Made by a program: the position numbers and the translations under genes. The notes below the pieces were generated by a model that ran no database searches, was not told the origin of the DNA, and worked only from the letters and a program-made list of their open reading frames with translations. From assembly GCA_002722735.1 (NCBI GenBank), contig PBMR01000005.1:1570-65569 (forward strand): DNA of 64,000 nt, read 5' to 3'. How positions within the stretch are numbered: the stretch's first letter is position 1; each line of letters opens with the position of its first letter. This document shows positions 1-9,384 of this stretch, in pieces. Source of the stretch: Methanobacteriota archaeon. GTDB lineage: Archaea; Thermoplasmatota; Poseidoniia; Poseidoniales; Thalassarchaeaceae.

Positions 1-2
1 AG

Positions 3-221
3 GAATTCGATGCCCAGCCCCAACTGGCACGCACGATGACAGTGAAGCCACCCGCCGATGCCCAGAGAATCCGACTCGTCAAGATTGGTGAGGATGTAGA
101 CATACAGTCCTGCGGTGGCACCCATGTACTGAGTACCGGCGAGATTGGTAGACTCAGGGTGGGTAAGATTGAGAACAAAGGGGCCCGCAACCGGCGCGTC
201 AATATCCATTTGGAGGAGTAA
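3..221 (+). CDS. alaX: Alanyl-tRNA editing protein (AlaX / tRNA_SAD domain), C-terminal part; 5' end outside window
   Basis: CGGTHV motif followed by GEIGRLRVGKIENKGARNRR, the typical AlaX C-terminus. Confidence 0.8.
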   Translation, partial: EFDAQPQLARTMTVKPPADAQRIRLVKIGEDVDIQSCGGTHVLSTGEIGRLRVGKIENKGARNRRVNIHLEE

Positions 222-223
222 GC

Positions 224-1060
224 GTGTCAGCCGAGAGAGACCCCAGGGCGTGGCGTATAGACGACGATCCGTTTGACAAACGTGAGCGGGCAGGCGGGCA
301 CTCTGCGGCCAGAGACGACGGGTCTTGGAGGCAGCCAAACGTCCGTGTAGTGCGGATCGACCATCAAGGCCGTCCCTTGGTCAGCGTCTTCGGGACTCCC
401 CAAGTCACCCAGAGCATCCCTATTCACAGGGGCTCGATCTGGCACTTCTCCAAGACCGAGATCCAGCATCTCCTCCTAGCCACAGTCGCCTTCACGGCAG
501 CGCTGGCCCTCATGTTCAGCGGGGGAATATTTGGAGCACTCAGCCTCGGACCGGTCTCTTTCCTCTTATTCTGCATGCTTTCGCTCATCTCGCTCGCACC
601 TGCCTTCCTGCTGCACGAGATTGCCCACAAGGTCGTTGCACGGCAGTATGGGTGCTGGGCCGAATTCCGCGCGGACCCGGCCGGCCTCAGGTTCGGTTTG
701 CTCCTCGCCGCAGTATTCGGCATCGTCTTCATGGCTCCCGGGGCGGTCATGGTGGCCGGCAATACCACAAGGACCCAATTCGGACGAATCGCTCTTGCTG
801 GCCCAGTGACCAATATCGTGCTGTGGTGCTTGGGTTACGTCGCCTTCTATCTCGTGGGGGGCCACGTGGGGCTGTTCGACATTGTGATTGAGACTTGGAT
901 GTGGGGCAATGCCATCCTCGCAGCGTTCAACATGCTTCCGTTCGGACCCCTAGACGGCAGGAAGATCAAGACGTGGTCCGAACCCATCTACTACACCTGC
1001 CTGTCCATAGCCATCGGCGTGGTATATCTGACGTATACGGGGTCCACTCTCTTCGGCTAG
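224..1060 (+). CDS. Site-2 protease family (M50) intramembrane metalloprotease
   Basis: HEIAH zinc motif, ALAGP and NMLPFGPLDG motifs, multiple TM segments; GGAGGAG upstream of the GTG. Confidence 0.9.
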   Translation: MSAERDPRAWRIDDDPFDKRERAGGHSAARDDGSWRQPNVRVVRIDHQGRPLVSVFGTPQVTQSIPIHRGSIWHFSKTEIQHLLLATVAFTAALALMFSGGIFGALSLGPVSFLLFCMLSLISLAPAFLLHEIAHKVVARQYGCWAEFRADPAGLRFGLLLAAVFGIVFMAPGAVMVAGNTTRTQFGRIALAGPVTNIVLWCLGYVAFYLVGGHVGLFDIVIETWMWGNAILAAFNMLPFGPLDGRKIKTWSEPIYYTCLSIAIGVVYLTYTGSTLFG

Positions 1061-2781
1061 AGGTATGTGTTCAGAACAGGCTTCTCATCACAGTGGAAGA
1101 AGGTCATCAGAGCCCACCAGGTAATCATATCGAGACTATTGACTAGATTCGCGACCCCCGAGCTCTCCTCTCCGTACCCCTTGCCGGTGGTGTCCATCCA
1201 GTCCTCCATCTCCTCCAGCGTGTCACAAGTCTGGTGGTAGCACCAGTATCCATCGACCAGCCCCCCGAAGCCCACGGTGACCGTGCCGAGGTTGTCTTGG
1301 AAGCTGGCGTGATCACTCCTAGCAGTGGTGTCCTCGTAGACGACGACCTCGGGCCTATCCATATCCAGCCAGACATCCGTCTTCCACGTGTCCGCCGAGT
1401 AGTTCACACCCACCAGCGTTCCTATTTGCTGCTCGAGGCCCAGCGCATCCGCGCCGATCCACTCCGACAGACGCACGATTTCTGGTTGGTTGATCACATC
1501 GTGATCTATGCTGGGCCCAATGTAGACGCGCATCGGCCAGACTTCCGAGTCCTTGGGATAACCATCCTCGTCGATCTGCGGATTAGGATCCCCGTGCGGC
1601 GCCCCGCCACCACCAGGCCAATTCACACCGGCCATGTCCAGATTGATGTAATTCGTCACGGTCACCTCTGGGTGATCCTCCTTGACGTAGTACTCCGTCC
1701 AGTAGTCGCTGCCGCGCTTACCTCCTTCCTCACCCGACCACAGGCAGAAAACCATGGTGCGTCGGGAGTCGAAGTCAGCCAGCACTCGCGCGGTCTCGAG
1801 CACCATCGAGGTTCCGGCAGTATTGTCGTACGCGCCTACTCGGGTGCCGTAGGTCCGCGATCCGGTGGTATGCGGGTCGAGAATGACGGCATTAGCCGGA
1901 GGCGCGATGTCGAAGTGGGCACCGAAGACCAGCCAATCGTTGCGGGTCTCCGTGCCCCACTTGTATGCGCAGATGTTGTACGCCTCCGGGTTCTGTATGC
2001 TGAATATGTCCGTGAACTCGAAGCGATGTGTCATCACCTCCAGACCGAAGGATTCCAACTCTCCTATGAGGTACTGGGCCGCATCCTCGTAGGCCGGGTT
2101 ACCCTGACCCGCCCATCTGTCCCAGTACCCAGCACGTCCATCGACGTCGAAGGCCAGCCCCGGATCGGTAATCTCGAAGAGCCGTTCGTAGACCGTCCTG
2201 CCGTGCAGCAGCCCGCTGGAGTGGGCCCCGCCCTGATCAAGCCCGATGGACTGAGGACGCATCGATGCAATCATCTTCACCGAGACACGTCCGCCCTGCT
2301 CGGAGCTGTGGTTTACGGTGTCCAGGGACGAGTTCTCGTTATGCGCCACTCGCACGATGCCGTTGCCCGCGTCTCCCTTGTCGCCGTTATGCATCTTCCA
2401 GGCCATCCACGACTCATTGGAAACGCGGATAGGCCAGTGCTCACGCCCCTTCGCGCCAACCATGAGCACCATCGCGTCCGTCCTAGGCGGTGCTAGAATC
2501 TCTAGTGAAACACTGGACCCGGAGGACAGATCTATGACGGTGGAATTCTGCACGAAGCCTGTCGAGGGATCGATGACGAGATAGGGCACGAAGATAGACA
2601 TCCCCACCTTGGCACTCAACTCAATTTGCTGGAACACGCCCGCTTCTAGGACTTCCGGCGTCACGTTCAGGCTAGCGGCGCTGGCCTCGACATCAACCTC
2701 TCCAAAGCAGCCGCTGAGGGGTGCTGAGACCATCACGGCGACCATCAGGAGGGCGATTCCGATTCGGGAGAGCACGTCCAT
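1057..2781 (-). CDS. M28-family secreted/lipoprotein aminopeptidase
   Basis: GAHFD, GAYDN, SGEEGG, NLDM, RSDH and YH motifs; signal peptide ending PLSGC; start moved to ATG 2781. Confidence 0.88.
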   Translation of the reverse strand: MDVLSRIGIALLMVAVMVSAPLSGCFGEVDVEASAASLNVTPEVLEAGVFQQIELSAKVGMSIFVPYLVIDPSTGFVQNSTVIDLSSGSSVSLEILAPPRTDAMVLMVGAKGREHWPIRVSNESWMAWKMHNGDKGDAGNGIVRVAHNENSSLDTVNHSSEQGGRVSVKMIASMRPQSIGLDQGGAHSSGLLHGRTVYERLFEITDPGLAFDVDGRAGYWDRWAGQGNPAYEDAAQYLIGELESFGLEVMTHRFEFTDIFSIQNPEAYNICAYKWGTETRNDWLVFGAHFDIAPPANAVILDPHTTGSRTYGTRVGAYDNTAGTSMVLETARVLADFDSRRTMVFCLWSGEEGGKRGSDYWTEYYVKEDHPEVTVTNYINLDMAGVNWPGGGGAPHGDPNPQIDEDGYPKDSEVWPMRVYIGPSIDHDVINQPEIVRLSEWIGADALGLEQQIGTLVGVNYSADTWKTDVWLDMDRPEVVVYEDTTARSDHASFQDNLGTVTVGFGGLVDGYWCYHQTCDTLEEMEDWMDTTGKGYGEESSGVANLVNSLDMITWWALMTFFHCDEKPVLNTYL

Positions 2782-2830
2782 GCGAGTGACAGCTTCGTGT
2801 TCAATGCCTCGGTAGACCACATCCCCGGTC

Positions 2831-5800
2831 TCAGCCCACGGCCAGCCTTCTCTTGATGACGATACCGTTGTCGGCAACCTTCAGAACCTCCATAGTTGGT
2901 GCCGGTGGGACGTATACCCGACCGACGTTCTCTGCGGCCTCTGTCATGAGTTCAATCTCCCCCTGTCTCCGCCTCCGCCTCCGTTTGACGTGACGCGATC
3001 TCATCCTCCAAACAAAGAACAGCAGAATGCCCCCAATGTAGTAGAGTAGTTGGGCGATTATCCAATTCCAACCAACCATCAGATTGAACGTAAGACCATC
3101 CTCCCCGTCCTGGGCCCCAGGCATCAACTTGTATGTGATGACTTGACGACCAGCACCACCATCCTCCCTGTATTGACTAACCTGATCGCTCTCCGACGTG
3201 AGGTTCTGAAGCACTATTCCCAATGGAAGTTTTAGGCGGATCTCCCCGGTCAAGGAGAGCCCCATCTCCTCGTTCAGAGTAATGTTGCTGAGCCCACCAG
3301 TAGAGGAGCTCATTGATGGCGCCTCGATACCTTCCGCACTTACTAGGCTAGCCGACAGAGCGCCTGTCAACCCACCCATCGCGCTGATCATTGGATTCAG
3401 GAAGGGGGCGACAAGCAAGTTGCTGGTGGCCACCCCGAGCTTGGGACTGACGCTTTCATCCCCCTGCAACATGGAGATGACCTCCATCCACGTGTTGTCA
3501 AGGCCAGCGGCAACCTTGACCTTGGGAATTCGGACGGACAGGGTGATTGCCTCTTCGTCCCCAATCACATCGTCAGAGTCACTCAGCCCAATAAGCGCAG
3601 TTTCTATGCTGAAGGCAGAGAGGTCCACATCACCCATACCCAAGCCTTCGGTCTCCATTGAGGCAACCGAGTCTTGAATCAGGGCCGTGACATCACTACC
3701 GAAGCCTTCGGCGAAACCCTCAAGCCCGGTGGCGCTGAATTCGATACTCTGGTCACAGTAGCGTTCGCCGGTATCGCACATCGAGAACTCGTGTTCCAGA
3801 GGATTATCCCCCCTTCCAGCGACATCAATTATCAATTTGAGGAGGTCTGAGGGAAGCACTTCCAGTGAGATGTTGGTGGAGTCCGTATTGAGGGACTCCA
3901 ACATCGAAGGAGGCAGCCCTATTCTGTGGATGGACATGTTGATTGATAGTGCGAACTCCACAGTGATGCCCTTGCTAAGCAGCACGTTCGCGGCGCTGAA
4001 CTCCGAGATGTCCAAGTCGACGACGGTCCTAGCACAGGATCTCATCGTCGAGGTGCAGAACGCATCCTGGCTCGCATCGCTGCAGGCAGCGGGGTCGTCC
4101 GAGCATAGCGCATGCTCCCAGTCAAACGAGTCAGCTCCTGTCAGACTGACATTGCCAACGTGGTTGCCCGACATACGGTAACCTAGCAGGATACTGCCCC
4201 CACCGTCCTCGGTACTGGCCCATTCTGGGAGTCTGATCTCAAATGACAGGTCAGCGGCAATTCCCTCGGGCATCATGCTACCGACGAAACTTTCCATGAC
4301 CTCGTCGCTCAGTACGGTGGAGAACTCTACCCCAGAGTTCAGGAGCATGCTGAGATCATCTCCCGTGACATCATTGATGAAGCCGGCATCCTCACCGAGG
4401 TTCCCGCCGAACAGCTCTGCAAGGCTCAGTGGGAAGGTGTGGCTGGTGGAACGCAGGTATACTGGATAACTGTCGTCCATTGCCACTGCACCCTCGGTGC
4501 AGAAGTTGACACCCTTCAGGCATGGAGAGACGTGGGTGTAGTTCAGACCCCCTGTGAGAAGGGGGCTTTGGGCGACTGAGACCCATTGGAATGATCCCAT
4601 GGTGATTGATAGCCCCGGGCTGGAACTCTCCAGAGCATCACCAACCCCCCCGATAGGCAACGCGTCGGCTAGATCACCAACATCGAGCAGTCCGGTGTGG
4701 TAGGCCATTCGAATTCCATCAGAGGTGATGACGGGAATGTCAGCAATCTGGGGGTTCATCAGACTGATTCCCCATTGGCTCAATGCGCTTGCCTGAACTT
4801 GGTAGATTCCAGCAGTCACCTCGATGGTGACGGATTGCTCGTCGGTCATATCGAGAACCACGGCGAGGTCAAGACTCCTCTCTTCCGAGTCGATATCGAC
4901 AGCGCTGGTGAAACTGGTCTCTCGGAAGGCCATCTCCATCACCAGATTCCCAGCTTGGGGCCCGGCCCCGCCTCCGGCCGGGTTCAAGTTGTCATTGACC
5001 CAGAGGCCGGAGTGGTACGGGACGTTGCCATCATGCAGGACCCTCTGGGCGAACGTCCCCCGAGCGTCGGCGATGGTGGCGTAGGAGGGGGGCTGGATTG
5101 CGTAAGTGCCCTTGAAACCGGGATCCGCTGAGACGGTGAAACTAGTGGTGACCCTCGCACCCATCACCAGCATGGCCTCGTACGCACTCTCGAGGTTGGC
5201 AGCGCTAACCCCAGAGAGAGTGTCGCCATAGGTGGATATGGGAAGTGTGATGGTGACGACAGTGCGGATGCAGATGGGCGGTTCGAAGGAGTTTCCGTTC
5301 TGCGACTCATTGTGATCGGTGGTGCAGTCGACTTGGGTACTGCCTCCGAACCCATCGGGCAGCGTAATTTGACTCGTCCAGTTGGTCTCGGGTGTGGTTG
5401 CTGAACCCCAGGATGTCAACATGCCCGAGACACTGCCGTCTATCTCATCCAGCAGGGCTTCCTCGACTGTAGACGAGTTCGGGTCGGCCGGGTCTGTGTT
5501 GTTGTCGAAGGCGGCCCTCAGCACGTCCGCTGGCAAACCATCGTCAATTCCGATATTGTCGAGTTGGAGGGCAGTGGTCATGGCTGAGGAGGAGAACATC
5601 CCGAGCGCGCTCTTGTCCCACTCCCTAATTGCCCACGACGCCTCGAACTGCAGGGTTGTCGTGCTTGTCATGTTGAAGTAGTACATTCCCTCGACCCATG
5701 TATCGCCCTCGGTGCCGTCATCGGCATCCGTCCTATCATCGCAAATCCCACCTAGGCCAAGGGGGCTGCTGCACAGGGTCATGTCGTCTAACTCGTCATT

Positions 5801-5911
5801 GCTGGCAGAGGCCAGTGGAGCGGCCGCCTGGAGTAGGAAGAAGAGAGCCAAGAGGACGGGGAGAGAGACTCTCGTGGGAGCAGAGTAATCCTTAGCGTGC
5901 CGCTCAGCCAT
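2831..5911 (-). CDS. Large acidic secreted protein with C-terminal TM anchor and polybasic tail (hypothetical surface protein)
   Basis: Signal peptide, about 1000 acidic aa, TM (IIAQLLYYIGGILLFFVW) then RMRSRHVKRRRRRR; start ATG 5911 or GTG 5926. Confidence 0.75.
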   Translation of the reverse strand: MAERHAKDYSAPTRVSLPVLLALFFLLQAAAPLASASNDELDDMTLCSSPLGLGGICDDRTDADDGTEGDTWVEGMYYFNMTSTTTLQFEASWAIREWDKSALGMFSSSAMTTALQLDNIGIDDGLPADVLRAAFDNNTDPADPNSSTVEEALLDEIDGSVSGMLTSWGSATTPETNWTSQITLPDGFGGSTQVDCTTDHNESQNGNSFEPPICIRTVVTITLPISTYGDTLSGVSAANLESAYEAMLVMGARVTTSFTVSADPGFKGTYAIQPPSYATIADARGTFAQRVLHDGNVPYHSGLWVNDNLNPAGGGAGPQAGNLVMEMAFRETSFTSAVDIDSEERSLDLAVVLDMTDEQSVTIEVTAGIYQVQASALSQWGISLMNPQIADIPVITSDGIRMAYHTGLLDVGDLADALPIGGVGDALESSSPGLSITMGSFQWVSVAQSPLLTGGLNYTHVSPCLKGVNFCTEGAVAMDDSYPVYLRSTSHTFPLSLAELFGGNLGEDAGFINDVTGDDLSMLLNSGVEFSTVLSDEVMESFVGSMMPEGIAADLSFEIRLPEWASTEDGGGSILLGYRMSGNHVGNVSLTGADSFDWEHALCSDDPAACSDASQDAFCTSTMRSCARTVVDLDISEFSAANVLLSKGITVEFALSINMSIHRIGLPPSMLESLNTDSTNISLEVLPSDLLKLIIDVAGRGDNPLEHEFSMCDTGERYCDQSIEFSATGLEGFAEGFGSDVTALIQDSVASMETEGLGMGDVDLSAFSIETALIGLSDSDDVIGDEEAITLSVRIPKVKVAAGLDNTWMEVISMLQGDESVSPKLGVATSNLLVAPFLNPMISAMGGLTGALSASLVSAEGIEAPSMSSSTGGLSNITLNEEMGLSLTGEIRLKLPLGIVLQNLTSESDQVSQYREDGGAGRQVITYKLMPGAQDGEDGLTFNLMVGWNWIIAQLLYYIGGILLFFVWRMRSRHVKRRRRRRQGEIELMTEAAENVGRVYVPPAPTMEVLKVADNGIVIKRRLAVG

Positions 5912-5917
5912 TGTTTG

Positions 5918-5934
5918 ATGACTCACCGAGTCAT
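5918..5934. promoter_or_regulatory. 7-3-7 palindrome ATGACTC-acc-GAGTCAT, candidate operator
   Basis: Perfect 7-bp arms between a TATA-like element (about 5937-5944, minus strand) and ATG 5911. Confidence 0.35.
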
Positions 5935-5985
5935 TGTTATAGAATTCGGTGCCGAGCCTCGGAAAGACTAGGCCGAACCCTCGGT

Positions 5986-6744
5986 TTAGTCATCTGTCTG
6001 GGCGTACCAATCATCGACGTTAGGGGGGGCATCACCAGCATCCTGCGCTGGCTGCTGGGCCGCTCCGGGCTGCTGCACGATCACCTTGCCATCCTCGCCG
6101 TAAGTGATGGTGGTCGCGGGCTGGTCGTCATCCTCGACGACGAGGGCCAGAATCAGGCCGAAGAGCATGATTACTATACCGCAGCACAGGCAACCCCCCC
6201 CTCCCAGCCCAGCGAAGAGACCACCGAGGAAATCTCCGAGGGCCACGTCGACGTAGACGACCCACACCGGCTGGTTGGACTCGAACTCGAAGTCCCCCCC
6301 ATAGCAGGCAAAGCAGGCCATGCCGAGCTTGGCGAAACCAGGTCTGTTCAGATCCTTCCCTTCTTCCACATCGCAGGAGTGCCCTTTGTCCTCCGACGCC
6401 TGGAAGTAGAACTCCCCCCTCTCCCCATTGCCCCCTTCTTCCTCAATATCATCCCAATCTGTGTTGACAGCAGGCTTCTGCTTGACTGTGATCTCTACTC
6501 CAGAGCAGTGGTCCCACTCCCCGTCACCATCGTCATCGGCGTACTCCCCCTTGACGAAGAAGGCGAAGCCGAGGTCCCCATTGCCATCCTCATCGACGAT
6601 CTTCAGCGTGCCTCCCGTGGTCTCCTCCGCAGCCCAATCTGAGCCCGCGTCACCGATTGAAGAGCCTGCCAGAACCAGCATCGCTATTCCGGCGAGTAGA
6701 AGCAGCGCCCCCGCTCCAATCGTGATTTTGGATGCTATGTGCAC
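5986..6744 (-). CDS. Hypothetical two-TM membrane protein with Cys-containing external domain
   Basis: N-terminal TM, acidic domain, GGGGCLCCG then TM, low-complexity acidic tail; likely GTG start at 6744. Confidence 0.75.
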   Translation of the reverse strand: MHIASKITIGAGALLLLAGIAMLVLAGSSIGDAGSDWAAEETTGGTLKIVDEDGNGDLGFAFFVKGEYADDDGDGEWDHCSGVEITVKQKPAVNTDWDDIEEEGGNGERGEFYFQASEDKGHSCDVEEGKDLNRPGFAKLGMACFACYGGDFEFESNQPVWVVYVDVALGDFLGGLFAGLGGGGCLCCGIVIMLFGLILALVVEDDDQPATTITYGEDGKVIVQQPGAAQQPAQDAGDAPPNVDDWYAQTDD

Positions 6745-6804
6745 GCCTGAACCAGACCCGAACCGCACTTTAATCAATGGGGGGGATGTGCAGAACCCAC
6801 CTGC

Positions 6805-7596
6805 TCATCCGATGAAGACCGAGAGGCAGGTCAGGCTGGCATCGACCTCCCTGAACTCGGTCATGTCCACGGTGGTTATCGAGAAGCCCGCGTCGAGCAT
6901 CAGGCGCCTGGCCTTGGGATAGCCGTCGGCAATGATGATGCGGTCGCCATACGCGATGGTGTTGGCCGCGTAACCCTCCTCATTGGGCACCCAGATGACC
7001 TCCTCGGCGAAGGCCAGGTCCTCGGGCTTGAGGTGCCCCTGCGCTGCGACCATAGTTCCGGGCCTCGGGCTTGAGCAGACCGTGGTCAGGTGCAGCGTTG
7101 TATCGGGCACCTCGAAGATCTGGGTGCCGATGCCAGCCTGCTTGGCATGGCCGGCGAGGAAATCAGCCCCCCCCCTATTGGTGCGAGTGGATACACCGAC
7201 TAGGAACCGGTCGTCGTAGAAGACGACGTCCCCCCCATCTAGAGTCGCCCCGGCGGGCATTCTGTGGATTTCGAAATCATCGGCTAGGAATTCGGCTATC
7301 GTATCCTGCTCGCCGTCCCTGCTAGGGTGCCCGAGGTTCGGTATCACAGCCTTGTCATCGATGATGACCGCTACGTCCTCGGTGAAGCTGCAGTCGGGGT
7401 GGCCGGACAGAGCCGGGAGGGTGACAACATCGGTGCCATGGGCTCTCAATGCAGCGAAGTACGCCTCCTGCGCCCCTCTGGCAGCATCGTAATCGGGAGC
7501 TCTTGTGTTGAAGAAGTCGGAGACCGCCTCCACAAACTCTGGGGAGACCTCTCGAGTCAGCGCTCTCCCCCTGGTTCGGTCGAAGGTCCCGGGCAC
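6805..7596 (-). CDS. Dimethylarginine dimethylaminohydrolase / amidinotransferase family protein
   Basis: FTED, DGGD, LHL and C-terminal SLTCLS catalytic Cys motifs; GTG 7596 gives about 263 aa (start uncertain). Confidence 0.82.
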   Translation of the reverse strand: MPGTFDRTRGRALTREVSPEFVEAVSDFFNTRAPDYDAARGAQEAYFAALRAHGTDVVTLPALSGHPDCSFTEDVAVIIDDKAVIPNLGHPSRDGEQDTIAEFLADDFEIHRMPAGATLDGGDVVFYDDRFLVGVSTRTNRGGADFLAGHAKQAGIGTQIFEVPDTTLHLTTVCSSPRPGTMVAAQGHLKPEDLAFAEEVIWVPNEEGYAANTIAYGDRIIIADGYPKARRLMLDAGFSITTVDMTEFREVDASLTCLSVFIG

Positions 7597-7716
7597 GAAC
7601 CTCGCCCCTACTACCCGTTCATAACGATTCGGAGCACGGAACGAGATTGCTGGATTCCGGAAGTCTGCGACCCATCCATTATGGACGGCCCGGGCGCGCC
7701 CGCCAGCGTGGAGGAC

Positions 7717-8130
7717 ATGGAGGACGCCTTCGACGAGCAGGGCCGTAGGGTCAGCCCGGTCCTCCCCTCCACCACCAAGAACTACCTCATCGACATCGAT
7801 GGGACGGTGGGCGAGGACGTACCGAACGAGGAGCCGGAGAGGATGGCGAACGCCACTGCCTACCCCGACGCCTTGGAGACGATCAACAAGTGGCACTCGC
7901 AGGGGCACGTCATCACCTTCTTCACGGCGAGGACCGAGCAGCATCGGGAAGTCACGGAGAAGTGGCTCGAAGCCCATGGGTTTCGCTACCACGGACTGCT
8001 GATGGGCAAGCCTCGTGGGGGGAACTACCACTGGATAGACAACCACATCGTCAGGGCGACTAGGTTCAACACCCGGTTCACAGACCTGATTCGGCGTACC
8101 GTCGAGATCGAGGTCTTCGACGATGACTGA
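7717..8130 (+). CDS. Small HAD-superfamily phosphatase-like protein
   Basis: YLIDIDGTV (motif I), FFTAR (motif II), MGKP and WIDN; ATG 7717. Confidence 0.8.
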   Translation: MEDAFDEQGRRVSPVLPSTTKNYLIDIDGTVGEDVPNEEPERMANATAYPDALETINKWHSQGHVITFFTARTEQHREVTEKWLEAHGFRYHGLLMGKPRGGNYHWIDNHIVRATRFNTRFTDLIRRTVEIEVFDDD

Positions 8131-8274
8131 GCTGGACGAGCTCCTCTCATGATGCCAAACGGGCTAGCGAGTCCTAGAGACACGACCATTTGCGGGTTTT
8201 TGCATCGTTTGTCGAGCATTTGGGCCGCATGGTGATATGGTTTTGCAAGCAGTGGAGGGAATAGGTGACTAGGA

Positions 8275-9303
8275 ATGGAGCCAAAGATGAATGAAACAAC
8301 CGACCCGAAGAGAAAGCCCCTCACAGCGGGCGTTGTCGCTCTCGCGGTGATCTCACTACTGGCAGGAGCGTCAGTGAGTGCGACTCTGGAGGAGTTCGCA
8401 GCCCCGGTGTACGCGGAGGAAGACCCCTACGCCGGAGCCGTCGACGACACTACTGGCGAGGGCACATGGAGCGAGATAAATGCCGACAAGCGCGACAAGG
8501 GAATCAGGGGGCTCATTGGACAGGTGATGAAGAACCGCATGGACGACAGGATGGAAGACAGGACCGAGCACCTCGAGAAGAGGATTCAGATCGACTCCAA
8601 CCTGATTGTAGTATTCCAGCACTGCATCGACAGTGCGGACTGCACCGCCGACTCCGAGCCCCTGTCTGAGATGGTCGCGAGACTCACCGCTACGACCGAG
8701 GACATCCAGGCAAAGCTCGACGCCGTCGAGGCCACCGACCACGACTGGGTGATGACTCAGGAGATTTGCGAGGAGAAAGGCGGCATCTGGACTGAGTCCC
8801 CGGACCGTGGCGACGACGTCTACTACTGCGATTGGGGAGAGAAGGACTGGGACGAGAGGAAGAACTGGCCAGAAGAGGAAAAGATAGAATTTGCCGAGGA
8901 CAAGATGGAGCAGATCGAGGCAGCCAGGATTGCAATCGCCTTCTGCATGGACAGCGATGCCTGCGAGGCAGATGCCGAGACCCTCCGGATAATCATCACC
9001 CACATGAACCACCGAGTCGAACACCACAGAGAGTGTGCCGACGACAGGAGGTGCGATCGAGACCACGACGATAGACGAGGCATCGCTGAGAGGACGCGCC
9101 GAGCATTCTGCGAGAGGACCGACCGGTGCGACAGGGACGACATCAACCACGACTGGGTGATGAATCAGGAAATCTGCGAGGAGAGAGGCGGCACTTGGAC
9201 CGAAGCCCCCGATCGGGGTGAGGGATACTACTACTGCGACTGGGCCGAGAATGACTCCGGAAACGACGAGGACCGCGAATCGGACGAAGAGCCCGGTCAG
9301 TGA
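8275..9303 (+). CDS. Secreted Cys-rich acidic protein with internal A-B-A'-B' duplication
   Basis: Signal peptide; two HDWVMxQEICEExGGxWTExPDRG..YYCDW repeats and two CxDSxxCxADxE repeats. Confidence 0.78.
   Translation: MEPKMNETTDPKRKPLTAGVVALAVISLLAGASVSATLEEFAAPVYAEEDPYAGAVDDTTGEGTWSEINADKRDKGIRGLIGQVMKNRMDDRMEDRTEHLEKRIQIDSNLIVVFQHCIDSADCTADSEPLSEMVARLTATTEDIQAKLDAVEATDHDWVMTQEICEEKGGIWTESPDRGDDVYYCDWGEKDWDERKNWPEEEKIEFAEDKMEQIEAARIAIAFCMDSDACEADAETLRIIITHMNHRVEHHRECADDRRCDRDHDDRRGIAERTRRAFCERTDRCDRDDINHDWVMNQEICEERGGTWTEAPDRGEGYYYCDWAENDSGNDEDRESDEEPGQ
8738..9249 (+). repeat. Intragenic 104-bp diverged direct repeat (8738-8841 and 9146-9249)
   Basis: Both copies begin accacgactgggtgatga and end tactactgcgaYtggg..gag. 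Confidence 0.85.
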
Positions 9304-9317
9304 GGAGGACTACGCAA

Positions 9318-9349
9318 GCGACTCGGTGCGCAGATGCGCACCGAGTCGC
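9318..9349. repeat. Near-perfect 32-bp palindrome (15-bp arms, 2-nt centre)
   Basis: GCGACTCGGTGCGCA-ga-TGCGCACCGAGTCGC, intergenic. Confidence 0.9.
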
Positions 9350-9384
9350 CCAACATTCACAACGATGGAGCATGGCGGCAATCC

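Noticed and set aside
7327-8046. Mutually overlapping extensions of the DDAH-like (-) and HAD (+) ORFs
   Set aside because: Each extension is antisense read-through of the other gene; recognisable motifs begin at 7596 and 7717
9338-9348. GCACCGAGTCG resembling the Cas9 tracrRNA terminal hairpin
   Set aside because: Short match only; no cas genes, array or other tracrRNA elements
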